Source: the human T2T-CHM13v2.0 reference genome, Homo sapiens
DNA length: 64,000 nt
NCBI RefSeq assembly: GCF_009914755.1
Contig: NC_060931.1
Strand: one strand, 5' to 3'
Within the stretch, counting starts at the first letter, position 1. The number at the start of each line of letters is the position of its first letter. The position numbers and the translations under genes are program-made. Below the pieces are notes generated by a model that ran no database searches, was not told where the DNA came from, and worked only from the letters and a program-made list of their open reading frames with translations. This document shows positions 25,379-37,930 of this stretch, piece by piece.

Positions 25379-27734
25379 TAGAACTTTCTTAACTGTGAAG
25401 ATTAAAAGAGACTATTGAAACACCAATAACATTGTTCCCCAATCCCTGTAGGAGCACAGAATAGCTTAGTTTGCCTTCTTCCCCTACAGACTTGTCTTCC
25501 TCAACAAGAAAATAAAGCTTTAGTTTATTTAACAAATATGCATGCATATTTTTATTATATATAAGCTATTTAGGTTTCATAGGGGGATAAAAGATGAATA
25601 AGATTTCCTTTAAGAGGTCAAGATCTAATAAGCCAAGCTTTCTATAGAGACAAATACACACTCAGAGATCCAATACAAAATAAAGTATTAAATGGTATCA
25701 CAGAGGGATAAAGTGATATGGAAATATGATCAGTACCATGGGTTTGGAGGACTTGTTCAAAAAACATTTGTGATTTATTAGATCCTTAACCACTGATTCC
25801 AAGTGGAATCTGGGGGATCGGAATGGAGATGGTTGTTAAGGTTTGAAGTTGTTTGTGTTCACCATTTAAACATCTAGTAATTTCACAATCCTTTTGTGTC
25901 CAAGGTATCCCATTTCAAATTATTACCTATCTCAGTGGCCTTTTCACATTATTCACAATCTTACATTACTTTGTACTATGTATCTTAAAACATTTCTGTC
26001 TCATTTAGACTGCTTAGACTGACCACATAGGAATTGCTTTGGTAACCAGGACTATCGATATCTCTTTCTGTGTTAAAAATTGACTTAAGGCCTCTCTACA
26101 GTTTAAAAAAAGTTGTCATTTTACATTTTGATTACTTTTCTATATTGGAGATGTCAGTAGTGTTCAAAGTCTGGAAACTGGCCTACCTAATATTTTTACT
26201 GCTCTCTTTTCATTGGGAAATATCAGTAATTTGGGGGACTTTCTCTAAAATTATTCTATGTCTGCAACATCTGGTAACATGAAATACTTCGTTTGCTTAT
26301 AATTCTTTCTTCTGTGTTTTTAAAATATAAAGAGATGCCTCTTCTGTTTATTTGTGCCCTTGTAAAAAGGATCCAACCTGCTGACAGGTGCCCAGCTCTG
26401 CCTGTGGGGTCCAAATGAGGTATGCTTGCTCTGCCTGGGAGTGGGGAGTTCAACTGAAGCTTTGTGTTTTTGCTATAAACAATCCTTTATTATGGATCTT
26501 GAACTCTGGCTTTACTATAACGTAATTCTTAGAGAGTAGCTCAATTCTTTCAGTGTAACTTGATATAATCATTCATGGGTAAATCATAACCAGGATTACT
26601 GATGAAAGAGCCAGGGTTGGTAGAAAGAGTCGTAGGGACAGGGAAACTTGCCCCAGTCTTGCTGCTCTTACATTGAAGTGTCTCGTATCTAAGAGTCTTA
26701 AATATGTTTTATGAATCTATTTGCATCCTTGCACTCAATCTGGTAATATGATATGTTTTGGCTGGACTGTTTATATTTCAAGAAACTTTGTTTGTGTATT
26801 AAAATAAAAAAGATGAATGTGCATCACATATGTTGAAACATTTGCAATTAGTTGGTGCTACTCTCTTAAGTGATTGGGCAGGGCAGGCAGACAGCCAGCC
26901 TTGGCAATCTTTTCAGATTCTTTTTCATGCCAATTTGCAATTTGTGACAGTGCCACATTTTTATCGGGAGGGCTTTATTGAGCTTTGGAAAGAAGTACTT
27001 CTTGACCTGAATAGGTGGGTTCTTGGCTAGAACCCTAGAACTGTTTCTTCCTCTAATATTTTTCCATGGGAATGTTGGGGATAAAACATTATAGAAAGCT
27101 CAGTGTGGAACAGACATCGACCCTTTTACAAGTTATCATGGAGAGGTTTGCAATACAGTTTGCTGTAGAGATGGAGTGATAGTAACACAGAAAGTCTTGA
27201 ACGATCTCATCATGAACACACCGTATCTATCTTAGTTGGTTAGATAAGAATGGAATCAATTGACTAAATCAAATGAAAATTTTAATCCAAAAACACTGAG
27301 GAACCTAAAATGCTGGAAATTCAAATCCCAAAACACGCTGTTTGGGATACTGTACTAGAACCTCATAGAACAGGAATGCAAGGGGAGAAGATTGTGGAGG
27401 GAGGTTGTATAAATGGGTTTGAGAATTTATTCCTGATCTCAAAGAGTAGGGAGTTTAGTATGGAATTCGATAATAATTCATAGAAACTTAATTAATAAAA
27501 GCCCATGTCATATGAACCAGTGCCAAATTGATTGCTGGTATGCAAGTAGAGACCACAGGATCTAAGAGGAAATGAGGACCCTGAATACTGTGATGGTCAG
27601 AGAAGTTTCCAAAGAAGACATGAGTTTTGTTCAGTCTTGAAGAGTAGAGCCAAATAGCCAAGGTAGAAAGGGGATTAAGGAACAGCATGACCAAAAATTC
27701 TGGGGGAAGGAATGGCATGTTAAGAGAATAATGA

Positions 27735-27769
<35 letters not shown>
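27735..27769 (+). repeat. (TA)n(CA)n microsatellite
   Basis: Direct reading. Confidence 0.95.
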
Positions 27770-28402
27770 TCGAGTAGAAACTTCACATACTGTAAGTTGG
27801 AGATTTATTTTAGGATAAAAGTAGTGATTTTCAAAACTTTTAACCTTTTGCATTCCAGTTGGAATAGCTCTAAGATTTTTCTTTGTGTTGGTTTTCTGTG
27901 TTGTTTTACATATTTGATAATGTGGAGTAAGGTATTTCAATTGATTTGAGTTGGGAATTTTAATGCATCAGACTATGAAGGAGAAAGTAAAACACCATGC
28001 AATACTCTATCCCTTAGAGAAAAGACTATTGTTGACATTAGGTAAATATTCCAGGCAATTCTCTTTGAATGCATAAAGATGGATACATAGATAATTATTA
28101 GATAATCATAAATAATAAAAATGGGATCATGCTATACCCGCTTATAAATTATATTCTCTATTATTTTCATGTAAAAATAGTGTCAAAATACAGTTAAGAC
28201 TTTACATGTCAGAGAATTCAAAATGACATTTCATTTCCTAGTCATATCTCAGGCACCATGTTTCTCATAACCTTAATACCTTTGTGACATTTATTTGAAA
28301 ATAGTGGCTGTGCAATCCTTTATTTTAAATTTCCTGGGTTCGTGTATATATCTCTAATTCTTATTCACAGTGCTGCATTTATTCAAGGGCAGATTTTTAA
28401 AC

Positions 28403-28584
28403 TTTTTTTTTTTTTATAGAGGGGAATGGAGTGCAGTTTTGCTATGTTGCCCAGGCTGGAGTGCAGTGGCTATTTACTACAGTGATCAGGGTGCACTATA
28501 GGCACCAACTTTTGAGCTCAAGGGATTCTTCCCAATCGGCATCCAAAATAGCTGGGACTATAGGTGCATGCCACTGTTTCTGGC
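28403..28584 (-). mobile_element. FAM (fossil Alu monomer)
   Basis: gctatgttgcccaggctggagtgcagtggctattt..gtgatc..gtgcacta; keeps the 7SL-derived gtggctatt segment diagnostic of FAM. Confidence 0.8.
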
Positions 28585-28598
28585 TTCAGGAGATAATC

Positions 28599-29399
28599 TT
28601 TTTAAAATTATACTTTAAGTTCTGGGATACATGTGCAGAACGTACAGGTTTGTTACATAGGCATACACGTGTCATGGTGGTTTGTTGCACCCATCAATCC
28701 GTCATCTACATTGGGTATTTCTCCTAATGATATCCCTCCCCTAGCCCCCAACCGCCCAACAGGCCCCAGTGTGTGATGTTCCCATCCCTGTGTCCATGTG
28801 TTCTTATTGTTCAACTCCCACTTATGAGTGAGAACGTGCGGTGTTTGGATTTCTGTTCCTGTGTTAATTTGCTGAGAATGATAGTTTCCGGCTTCATCCA
28901 TGTCCCTGCAAAGGACATGAACTCATCCTTTTTTATGGCTGTGTGGTATTCCATGGTGTATATGTGTCACATTTTCTTTATCCAGTCTATCATTGATGGG
29001 CATTTGGGTTGGTTCCAAGTCTCTGCTATTGTAAATATTGCTGCAATTATGATCAGACACTTCTCAAAAGAAGACATCGATGTGGCCAACAAATGTATGA
29101 AAAAAAGCTCATCATCACTGGTCATTAGAGAAATACAAATCAAAATGACAATGAGATACCATCTCACGCTAGTTAGAATGGCAATCATTAAGAAGTCAGG
29201 AAACAACAAATGCTGGAGCAGATGTGGAGAAATAGGAATGCTTTTACACTGTTGGTGGGAGTGTAAATTAGTTCAACCATTGTGGAAGACAGTGTGGCGA
29301 TTCCTCAAGGATCTGGAACCAGAAATACCATTTGACACAGCAGTCCCATTACTGGGTATATACCCAAAGGGTTACAAATCATTCTACTGTAAAGACACA
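28599..29399 (-). mobile_element. L1PA (L1PA7/8-like), 5'-truncated with 5' inversion (twin priming)
   Basis: 28599-~29050 is the antisense 3' UTR/ORF2 end; ~29054-29399 is the sense ORF2 C-terminus (RHFSKEDI...[22 protein letters not shown]); degenerate TSD caggagataatctttttaa / caggagtgaattttttaa. Confidence 0.93.
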
Positions 29400-29439
29400 G
29401 GAGTGAATTTTTTAACATGTTAAATACATTGTATTAAAT

Positions 29440-29830
29440 GACACTATGGATGCAAGTGGCAGACATAACTTGTACTAACTCAAAGAAGAGGGAATTTATT
29501 AAAACTGCACTGGGATATCTGATATAAATCAGGAAAGACAGGGAAAGTTGTGTCCCAGGACAGTGAAAAAAAAATGGAATGGAATCTCTGCTTATTTTTG
29601 CACATTGGCCTTCTCTTGCACAACAGACCACATAACTACATGGTGGGGAATATGGTTGTTCAAGGCTCCCAGGCTTTAATTTCCACAGCCCTCCAGAGAG
29701 GTACTGACTCTTTTTCATTAGTTCCATCTTGGAAGACTTTGGGGAAAGACTGGTGTGGCTTGGGTTAGGTGCCCAATGGATTTTGAATAGAGTCACATGG
29801 CACACACCTGGTAATTGGAGTACATTCCTG
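29440..29830 (-). mobile_element. Old MLT1-type LTR, degenerate
   Basis: ggatgcaagtggcagacataact..aactcaaagaagagggaatttatt; tggcttgggttaggtgcccaa. Confidence 0.5.
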
Positions 29831-30891
29831 TTTATCTTGTGTTCTAAGATGAGGGAGCTGAGCAGCCACCCTCCTCTAATTGGTGCCAGATATATACATA
29901 AAACTACACTTGGGTTGACATGGACAGGGTGCTTAAAATGCGATTATAAGGCCATAAAATTTAGAACACTTTGGAACTTCATTGTTTACAATTAAGGAAA
30001 TAAGGTTGATAAGTGTACAATTTATTTACATGCATGCTGTAATCTTTAAAAAATTTCCTTTGTGTATTAGCACTATATGGAAATAGAAAAAAATCTAGAC
30101 TATCCAAGTTTGTAATTTAAGAATAAAGCAGTATGTTATTATCAGTGGAGGAAAAAGGATTCAAAACAGCTTTCTGGTGCAATAAAGTTTGCCTGCTTTC
30201 ACACCTGGATAACTGACTTTTAGAAATATCAAATTTAACTTCTAAAATATTTTTCCTCTGCTCTGGGCTGTGGAAAGGAGGCTATAGGTGAATATTAAAA
30301 AATGGTGACTAATCTTAAAGTATAAGATGAAAATGGACACCTAAAATAGAATCTGAGAATCAGAGAATTAGAGGTGGAGCTGAACTATCTTTGGCAGGCC
30401 CGGTCACTTGCATCATATTAAGTCACAAGGTATAAGATTTTTGAGCAAGACTTCTGAAAATTGTAGTTTTTGATGGGTGCAATATTAGTCCTTGAAATAT
30501 TACTATCCAGAAGGAGAAAGTAAGTATGCACACCAGCAAACAGGAGAAGATAGCTGAGAACTATGTGGATGGAATCCTGCTGAAGACATGAGATGGTGGA
30601 AGAGTGGTTTCTGAGGGAGTATGTACCAGAGAGGGTATTATACCTAGCAAAAAGTGAGGGTGAGGAGATCAGCTTCTGATGCTGGACTCCAGGGGCAGGA
30701 GACAAGAGCATTGGTCATGCAGACAGAGCAGGTGAGTGAGTCAGAAAAAGAACGAAAAAGATAACCTGAAGAGAAGTTGGTGAATAAGTATAAATCTTGA
30801 ACCAAATATGAAGTTGGGGCTGAACGGAAGCTATTAAAGACTATGCTCTGGGAAAGGACAAACAGACCAGAGAGCAGGTCTACAGTTGTAG

Positions 30892-31149
30892 CTGCACCAT
30901 CCAATAGATAGCCACCATCCAGTAGATAGATAGCCACCATCCAATAACCACCATCTAACAGCCACCATCCAATAGATAGCCACTAGCCACAGGTGACTCT
31001 TTAACTTTATTAAAATAAAATGAAATTCAATTCCCCAATCTCATTAGCCACATTTCAAGTGCCCAATAACCACATGGGGTTAGGGGTTCAAAGTCAGTGC
31101 AGGCATAGAACATTTCCCTCATGGCAGAAAGCTCTATTGGATAGCACTG
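30892..31149 (-). mobile_element. MER3 hAT MITE with expanded terminus
   Basis: tagccactagccac...tagccacatttcaagtgcccaataaccacatg...tagaacatttcc..atggcagaaagctctattggatagcactg. Confidence 0.88.
30895..30980 (+). repeat. Five-unit minisatellite, unit caccatccaatagatagc (14-22 bp)
   Basis: Units start at 30895, 30913, 30935, 30949 and 30963. Confidence 0.92.
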
Positions 31150-32249
31150 AGAGGCTATGACAGTGAGCCTGAAGTGAACATGAACCTGAAGCCTTGACCC
31201 ATGTCCTGGCTTCATTCTTCTTTTCATAGTTATTGGAGGTTGACTATGTTGGGAATCTACTTGGATTCTGACACTAACATTTGGGGGCAAGCATCTAGCA
31301 TCACTAGAGAGACAGATACTGGAGGGTGGGTTTAGATACGAAACTCTGCATCCAGAGTTCTCTACTTCCTTCCAAAATATAAATAAGTAAGTAAGTCTAG
31401 GTCTAGGCTACCAGGTAAAGACTTGTTTTAATTATGGTTAGCCAAACCCTAGAGTGATCCTTCTGCTTCCAATCAAGGCTGTATCTAAGCCATATAAAAC
31501 AGTCGACTGGCCAAGCTCTTTTTAGATGTTGCTTCATTTCTCCAAGGACATGCTAACTTTGTCCAGGATTTAGTGGGAAAATTAGAACCTTTACAGATGT
31601 CAGGTCTTTTTACATAATAGCGACAACACCTGCCTTACCGCAAGAATGTGGTGGTTTAAGATCCTGAAACTAAAGCCATCTCATTTTTGCATAACTCAAT
31701 CTGTTCATGAACAATAAATGTTAAAAATTGAAATTCACATTCTGCTATTTGTAAATATTAATTCTTTGGCTTGGTGTATTTATTTTAACTTAGATATTTT
31801 TTGCCCTCATCAATGATTCTTCCTAGAAACAGGGACCTTTTTACAGTAATTGACTCCAATTTTGTTGAACTGGTAAGCAATTAGGATTAGCATATTTATT
31901 TAGTTTTTTTGCTAAATTTTGCTCTTTTAAAAATGGTATTGAGGAATAATGTCAAGGCAACACATAGAAGCTCATTTTCTCACTCGTTGAACTGTTCCTA
32001 TTTTTAACTCAATGGCTTTTTAAAAAAATTACATCGGCTTTCTGAGGCTATTAGGCTACTCTTCAATTAGGTGTTGCTTCTGTGTACACAATAGCATGCC
32101 AGAAGCTGGAAAGTGCTCATGCAGTTTCAGAAGTGTTTAATTTGCTACCAGGGAATAGCTTAGTTTAGAACAGCGTAAGAAAAGCAGAGAGGAGAAAACA
32201 AGATACTATTTCTCACACCTACAGTTACCAAAGAAGGATAATAAAACCA

Positions 32250-32497
32250 ATGAGACCTAATGTTTATTGAGTGTTTACAGTGGGATAAACATTGTGTCGT
32301 TCTTTCATGTGTTTTCTTCGACCCTCACAAGAATGATTTCAGGTAGGTAAGATTGTTATTCCTATTTTGCTGATGAGGAAACTGAGGCTTATAGAGAAAG
32401 AGCAATTTACTCAATGACACAGAGCTAGTAAGTGGTGGATCTAAGATTTAATACTCAAATTGTTTGATTCTAGAGACCTTGTTTTTAACCACCACTT
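32250..32497 (-). mobile_element. MIR SINE
   Basis: tttattgagtgtttac...cctattttgctgatgaggaaactgaggctt...acacagagctagtaagtgg. Confidence 0.88.
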
Positions 32498-33049
32498 TCA
32501 TATCTTAGTTGACTAAGATGGCTGTTTACTGAACACCTTCTTTGCTTTCCCACCTGTATCTTTTCTCAAGCTGGGCTGGAAATACCCTACTCCTAGTTGT
32601 CTTTGAAGTTTTATCATGCTTTAAGATTCTTATCTCCTCCAAGATTTTCCACATCTCTTCAACCAATATGAACATTCTTCTTCTCCCTTAATCTTGCAAA
32701 ACTTTGTGTTTCCATTCCATTATTTGCAAAGCCTGCTTTGTATTGGAATTTTATGTCTGTACTGTGAGCTTCTGAGGAGTCAGAACTTTAACATATAGAA
32801 GTTTTATTTCCCCTGGCACCTAGAAGTGTGTTTTAATGTGGTAGGTACACAAAATATTTTTGTTGCTGACAATTTTGAAATTTCACTCACAACTTAATGA
32901 ACACTGTATTTGCTGACTTTGGGTTGAAAGGGAGGGTGAAAGGGCTGAGGTTTCTTTTTTTTTTTTTTTTGATAGTCTCTTTAGTTGCACTTCCTTATGT
33001 TTGAGGACAAGTTGTCTGTTGTCCTTTAATGGTGACCTTCAGGGTTACA

Positions 33050-33380
33050 GGCATTCATTCAACAGATACTCATTATCATCTTTCAGTCTTCTAGGAGCCA
33101 GGCATATGATGGTGACAAAGACTGATTGTGTCACTCTTCTCTTGGAGTTAAGGGATAATCTGGAGAGGCGAAAGATTGTCAAAAGTTGTCATCTAAATAT
33201 ATAACTGTAAGGGTACTATGGAGGAAACCAAAGAGGTGTTAGGATGAAGTGATTGAGGAAGTGATATTTAAGGGAAGACCTGACAGGTGGAAAGGAGAAA
33301 GCTGGGATGAGCAGAGGAAGGTGTATACTCATTATGGGACATGATGTGTGAGAGTCCTGGGGTAGGCAGAAGCTTGAAGA
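33050..33380 (-). mobile_element. L2 LINE 3' end
   Basis: cattcattcaacagatactcatt...gaggaagtgatatttaagggaagacctga. Confidence 0.7.
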
Positions 33381-33714
33381 ATTCAGTCACCATCTGTTCA
33401 AATGTCACGCAATACATAATATAGCAACAATTGCTTTCTGGTGGTCAGTTCTCCATAATCCATGCATGACAGGTTTATGTGCATTTCATGGTTATAGTTT
33501 AAACCGTGCCCATATTTCCATTTTGTAGGGGCTTTAGCAGCCACTTAGGGGTAAGTCATGCCTTTTGTAGGCTTGTTTACTTTTGAAGTTGTAAATTGGG
33601 TTTAAATTATAGCTTCTTACAAAGCAATCATCATATTTACTGTTCATTGAGGACTTATATGTTAAGTAGTATGTTAACCATTTTATTCATATTATTTCTT
33701 TTAATTCACTAAAG

Positions 33715-34058
33715 CAGAAATCTTGGCAAATGTTTCCACAATGGGCCAGATAGTAAATATTTTAGGCTTTACAGAGCTCATCGTCTCTGTTGCAACTATT
33801 TAACTTTGCTGTTTTAGTACAAAAGCAGCTGTAGATAATATGTTAATAAATAGGTGTGGCAGTGTTCCCGTAATGCTTTATTTTTGGACACTGAAGTTTG
33901 AATCTTATATAATTTTCACATATTGTGAAATAGTCTTTTTTTTTTTTTTTAAATGTTCCAACCATTTAACAATGTAAAAACCATTCTTAGCTCACAGGTC
34001 ATACAAAAACAGGCACTGGGCAGCATTTGGCCCAGGGGCTGTAATTTACCTACTCCCA
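33715..34058 (+). mobile_element. MER58B hAT MITE, nested in a MIR
   Basis: gggccagatagtaaatattttaggcttt...tctctgttgcaacta...aaatgtaaaaaccattcttagctcacagg..atacaaaaacagg; MIR halves on both sides. Confidence 0.9.
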
Positions 34059-34849
34059 CCTGCTCTCCTCATTGTCCCCGTTTTACCAACACAGAAGCTG
34101 GAGTCACTGGGAAGTTGTTTATAGCCAACCCAGGTCTGGTAGATTCCAAGGTCCATTTCTTTAACTCAAATGCCTCACAGCATTAACAATTTGTTGGGTT
34201 CCCAGAATGATTTCTTAATAGTTTCTGGTGTATAAATTTTAGTCCCTAAGCAGATTGCATGTTTCTCAGAGTAAGAAGCATTTTTTTTTTTTTTTCTATT
34301 TGTCTTGTTTCCCTCCACAGGAATGATGGACTTACAGGAGGCATTCGGTAACGGGTTATCTGCCCTTCAAATGGTTTCTCTGGAAGTGGCTATGAACTGT
34401 AGATTTTTGGGAATACATAGCAATCATATTTATATTGCCCACCTAATTTAGCTTTTTAAAGCAGGGCCCTGAAAACTGATTAGAAAGATGATTAAAATCC
34501 TGGATGCCATTTTCACATCATATTTGTAGAATTAGTGTCATATTTCCAGTTTTCAAATGCAAATCTTGTAAAACAAAAAAGTTGATTTCTCTTCCCTTGT
34601 GGAATAAATTGCCCCCTAGTCTCCTGAACCATGGGGAATTCTTTAATTTCTTGTTTTTAAATTGTGCCTGTGGGGTCAATTAAAGGTGAATGTAAGAGCT
34701 TTCAAAATCTAAATAAAATGAGTAAATAAATAGAAAAAGCTTGAAGAAATTCATTAATAATACACCAGTAGCCAGTTTGTCTTGATGTCTTGCTGTCTCT
34801 GGACCTCTTCGTCTCCCTTCCTAGTTACCTTAAAATTAAAATTCAGATG

Positions 34850-35152
34850 TGACAAAACTGTCGTTAACATGTAGAAAGTGGCTAATATTTTTAACAATGA
34901 GAACTGGCCTTGTCATTTTGGATTCTGCTTATAACAGACATTTTCCATAGATTGGAAGATCCAAAATGTACCTTGGTTTGGTAAAAATATATTTAAAGCA
35001 TACACGATACGTTACATACAAAAATACATATATTTTTACAAACATTTCAGCTTATGATAACATTTTTAGACATCAACTTAAAAACATGTAAGTGGGTAGT
35101 TTTTCAAAATTCTTGTGGGAGGTATGATAGCAACAAATTTTGAAGACCACTG
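34850..35152 (+). mobile_element. hAT-Charlie fossil (MER113/Charlie-like)
   Basis: Ends tttgaagaccactg (Charlie-type TIR); gaactggc...cagacattttccat resembles a decayed Charlie transposase segment. Confidence 0.5.
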
Positions 35153-36302
35153 CTTTAGGGCATTTTTGTTTTAAAGGTTTCTCTGAAAGCCAGAATTCTT
35201 CAAGATCCCTAATGATTATCTACCTTGAAAGGCCCACGTTTTACTAGACCACCACACTCCACCCCCCACGTTTACTTGAATGGTAAATGTTAAGAGAATG
35301 CTGATGAAATGACACGCATACAAGCTACAGTAGTTTTGAAAAGAGTCTTTTTCACTCTGTAGTATTTGCAGGAAGAGGAAGTGTTTTGATATTTACCTTG
35401 GGTAGAAACATGAAAGGGCCGTTTTGAAGTTTCACATATTTCAGACATGCAGAAGTATGTCATTGTTGACGATGGTAAACAGCTGGTAAAGATAACTGCC
35501 TGGAACAGCTGGAGGAGGGAGTTGACATTACCCTGTTTAGAAGTCTGGAAACAGAGAAAGCATATTTTTTTAACTACAGTGTACATCAGCAGCATAGATG
35601 CATAGTCTATGTGCCTATAAAGCAGCCATTCAAGCTTAAAAATATGTTTCTCTTTGCTTGTTTGTGGGACAAGGCTGTGAACAAAATAAATTAAGTGAGG
35701 AGGTTCTGACCTCCGCAGCTGGCTTCCACAAAATGATATGAGGACTTGGGGGGAAGAGAAATGAGTTTTGTCTGGCCTCGGTGGAACCTTCTCAAGGGAG
35801 CCTTGGTGGCAAGTTATATTTCTTTGGAAGTCGACTTGACTTTACTCTGGTTCAGGGAAGGAAGATTCTACTTAATAGAAACCTGGTGTCCCTAAAGAAT
35901 CAATGCCGCTTCCAATTGGCATTTTCAAATTTAAACAAATTATTGTCTTGTGTAGGCTCAGCCTTTTCATTAGATTTTCATGGGGAATAAACTTCCTGAA
36001 TTTGCTGCGGGCTGAGTGTGTATTTCCATTAATTAGCAATGCAGGAAGCAGACACCAAAAGGTGAGCAAACCTAGGTAAGACTCAAAAGCTCTTGAACCT
36101 GACAAAGCTACCGAGGTTCACAAAAGTGAAGTTACAGCTTCTACACTAAGTGGAATCTCAAGGTCACCCTGGAGAATTATTTGGCCCTAATTTTCAATGG
36201 CAACATCATCATAATGTTCTTTGGAAGCACACTTTTATCTGTCTTTTAAAAATGACATTTGGTTTTCTCTAGTATAAAGAAGGAGTGTTACTTCTGCCAG
36301 TA

Positions 36303-36332
36303 TAAATAAATAAATAAATAAATAAACAAATA
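36303..36332 (+). repeat. (TAAA)n microsatellite
   Basis: Direct reading. Confidence 0.9.
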
Positions 36333-36817
36333 CTTGATTTCAAGAATTCTGGCTTATGTCACTTCGAGCAACCCCAGTATAAGAAAATATAAAATAAAGA
36401 CAACAAATATGCATTTAAAGAAGTCATGTAATGAATTTTAGTGCATTTAAAATATCATTGGATGTAGAAATAATGATTTATTTTTTACTTAAGAAAAAAT
36501 GAACTTAAAGCCATGTTTACCGTAAGTTGAAAAGTTGAAAAATGACAACCATCTGGAAATTATTTGGTAAAATATATTGTAAACATATATATATAGTAAT
36601 TTCATAATTTAGTTTACATAGCGAAAATCCTTAAACATTGTAAGTATGAATTAGTCATTGGATACATAATATTGATTTAATCTGCTAGGCATTTGTTTGA
36701 AAAGTATTTGATAAAATCCAGTTTTTAATGCTGCAACTTCTGACAATTTGTGAAAGTGTATCTGACTTCTACGGAACTCAAGAGTATACTGACTATATTT
36801 TAGTTGAGCTTAGTTAT

Positions 36818-36858
36818 TTGTGTGTGTGAGTGTGTGTCTGTGTGCGTGTGCATGTGCG
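36818..36858 (+). repeat. Imperfect (TG)n microsatellite
   Basis: Direct reading. Confidence 0.85.
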
Positions 36859-37699
36859 CTTCTGGGGAGGGATGGTTTTCTTTTGAATTTTTCAAGTTTC
36901 TTTCCGTAATGAAAGGAAAATTGAACAAACATCATCCTTTACCATCGCTTTTAGTGATTATGTACCCATTTGAGGCTCGGTTTTACAGCCTGTTCTCTAC
37001 TCTTAAAAGGTTATTATAAGGACAGATAAATAATAGGTTAAGTGATTTTTAAGTTACTCAGATGAATTAATTTGTAAATTTAACATTGTACTGACATTCG
37101 GATCCCTTTAAAAAATTTAGCATGCAAGTTTGATATGTCTATGATGTACATGTCACAGAAAACAAATGGTATATATATTCACTTAGGCATTATATATTTT
37201 TTTCCTGGGGATTTTGCATTATTCAATTTTTATACTTATAAAATTAGTTAAGGTTGAGGACTATTGAAGTCCTGTTTCTTCTAAGGTGAGCAGAGTGGTT
37301 GAAATTGGAAAGTTCATTTCTGCTAAGTATGTAAGCTCATGAGCTAATTCTGAATTGCCTGGGAAAATTCTGTTCAGGAACAGAATGACAGCATTGGTAC
37401 AGAAATAAAACCTTAAAAAGGATAAGAGTGCTTCAGAATTAGAGTTTGGAAAGTGACAGAATAGCGTACCTGGAAGGAGTTAATGAAGACATTTAGTTAT
37501 TAGGGCTCTTGGAAGAATGTTTCCTGCTAAATGGCCCACAAAATCTAACATCAACCACTGCCAAAGTGTTTTTTTATTGGAATGAACTTTACTATTATAT
37601 CTTAAGTCAGCCTATGCAGGCCAGTTAACTGTCATGTCTAAGAGTCTACCATGTGTCCAATGGAGATTAAAGATGGGTGTCATTTACCTTTCAATATCA

Positions 37700-37930
37700 T
37701 AAGTAACACTCATTAAACATTTACTATGCTAAAGCTTTATAGAAATCAGATTTTCTAATAATCCTGATAGCTCTCTAAGGTATATATTATCATGATCCTT
37801 ATTTTACAGTTAAGACATTAAGGCACAGAGAGGTTAGGTGACTTGCCCAGGTCATGCAGTTGATAAAGGCTGATGTTAGTACTTGAAATCAGGGAACTCT
37901 GAAGCCTGTGTTCTGAATCACTGCTTTTAC
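37700..37930 (-). mobile_element. MIR SINE
   Basis: attttacagttaagacattaaggcacagagaggttaggtgacttgcccaggtca. Confidence 0.88.

Noticed and set aside
27488-27949. 150-aa and 72-aa ORFs (also 55526-55792, 36804-37019)
   Set aside because: They span dinucleotide microsatellites and repeat remnants; no coding signature
30895-30980. Repeat array superficially like CRISPR
   Set aside because: No unique spacers, eukaryotic context, derived from a MER3 terminus
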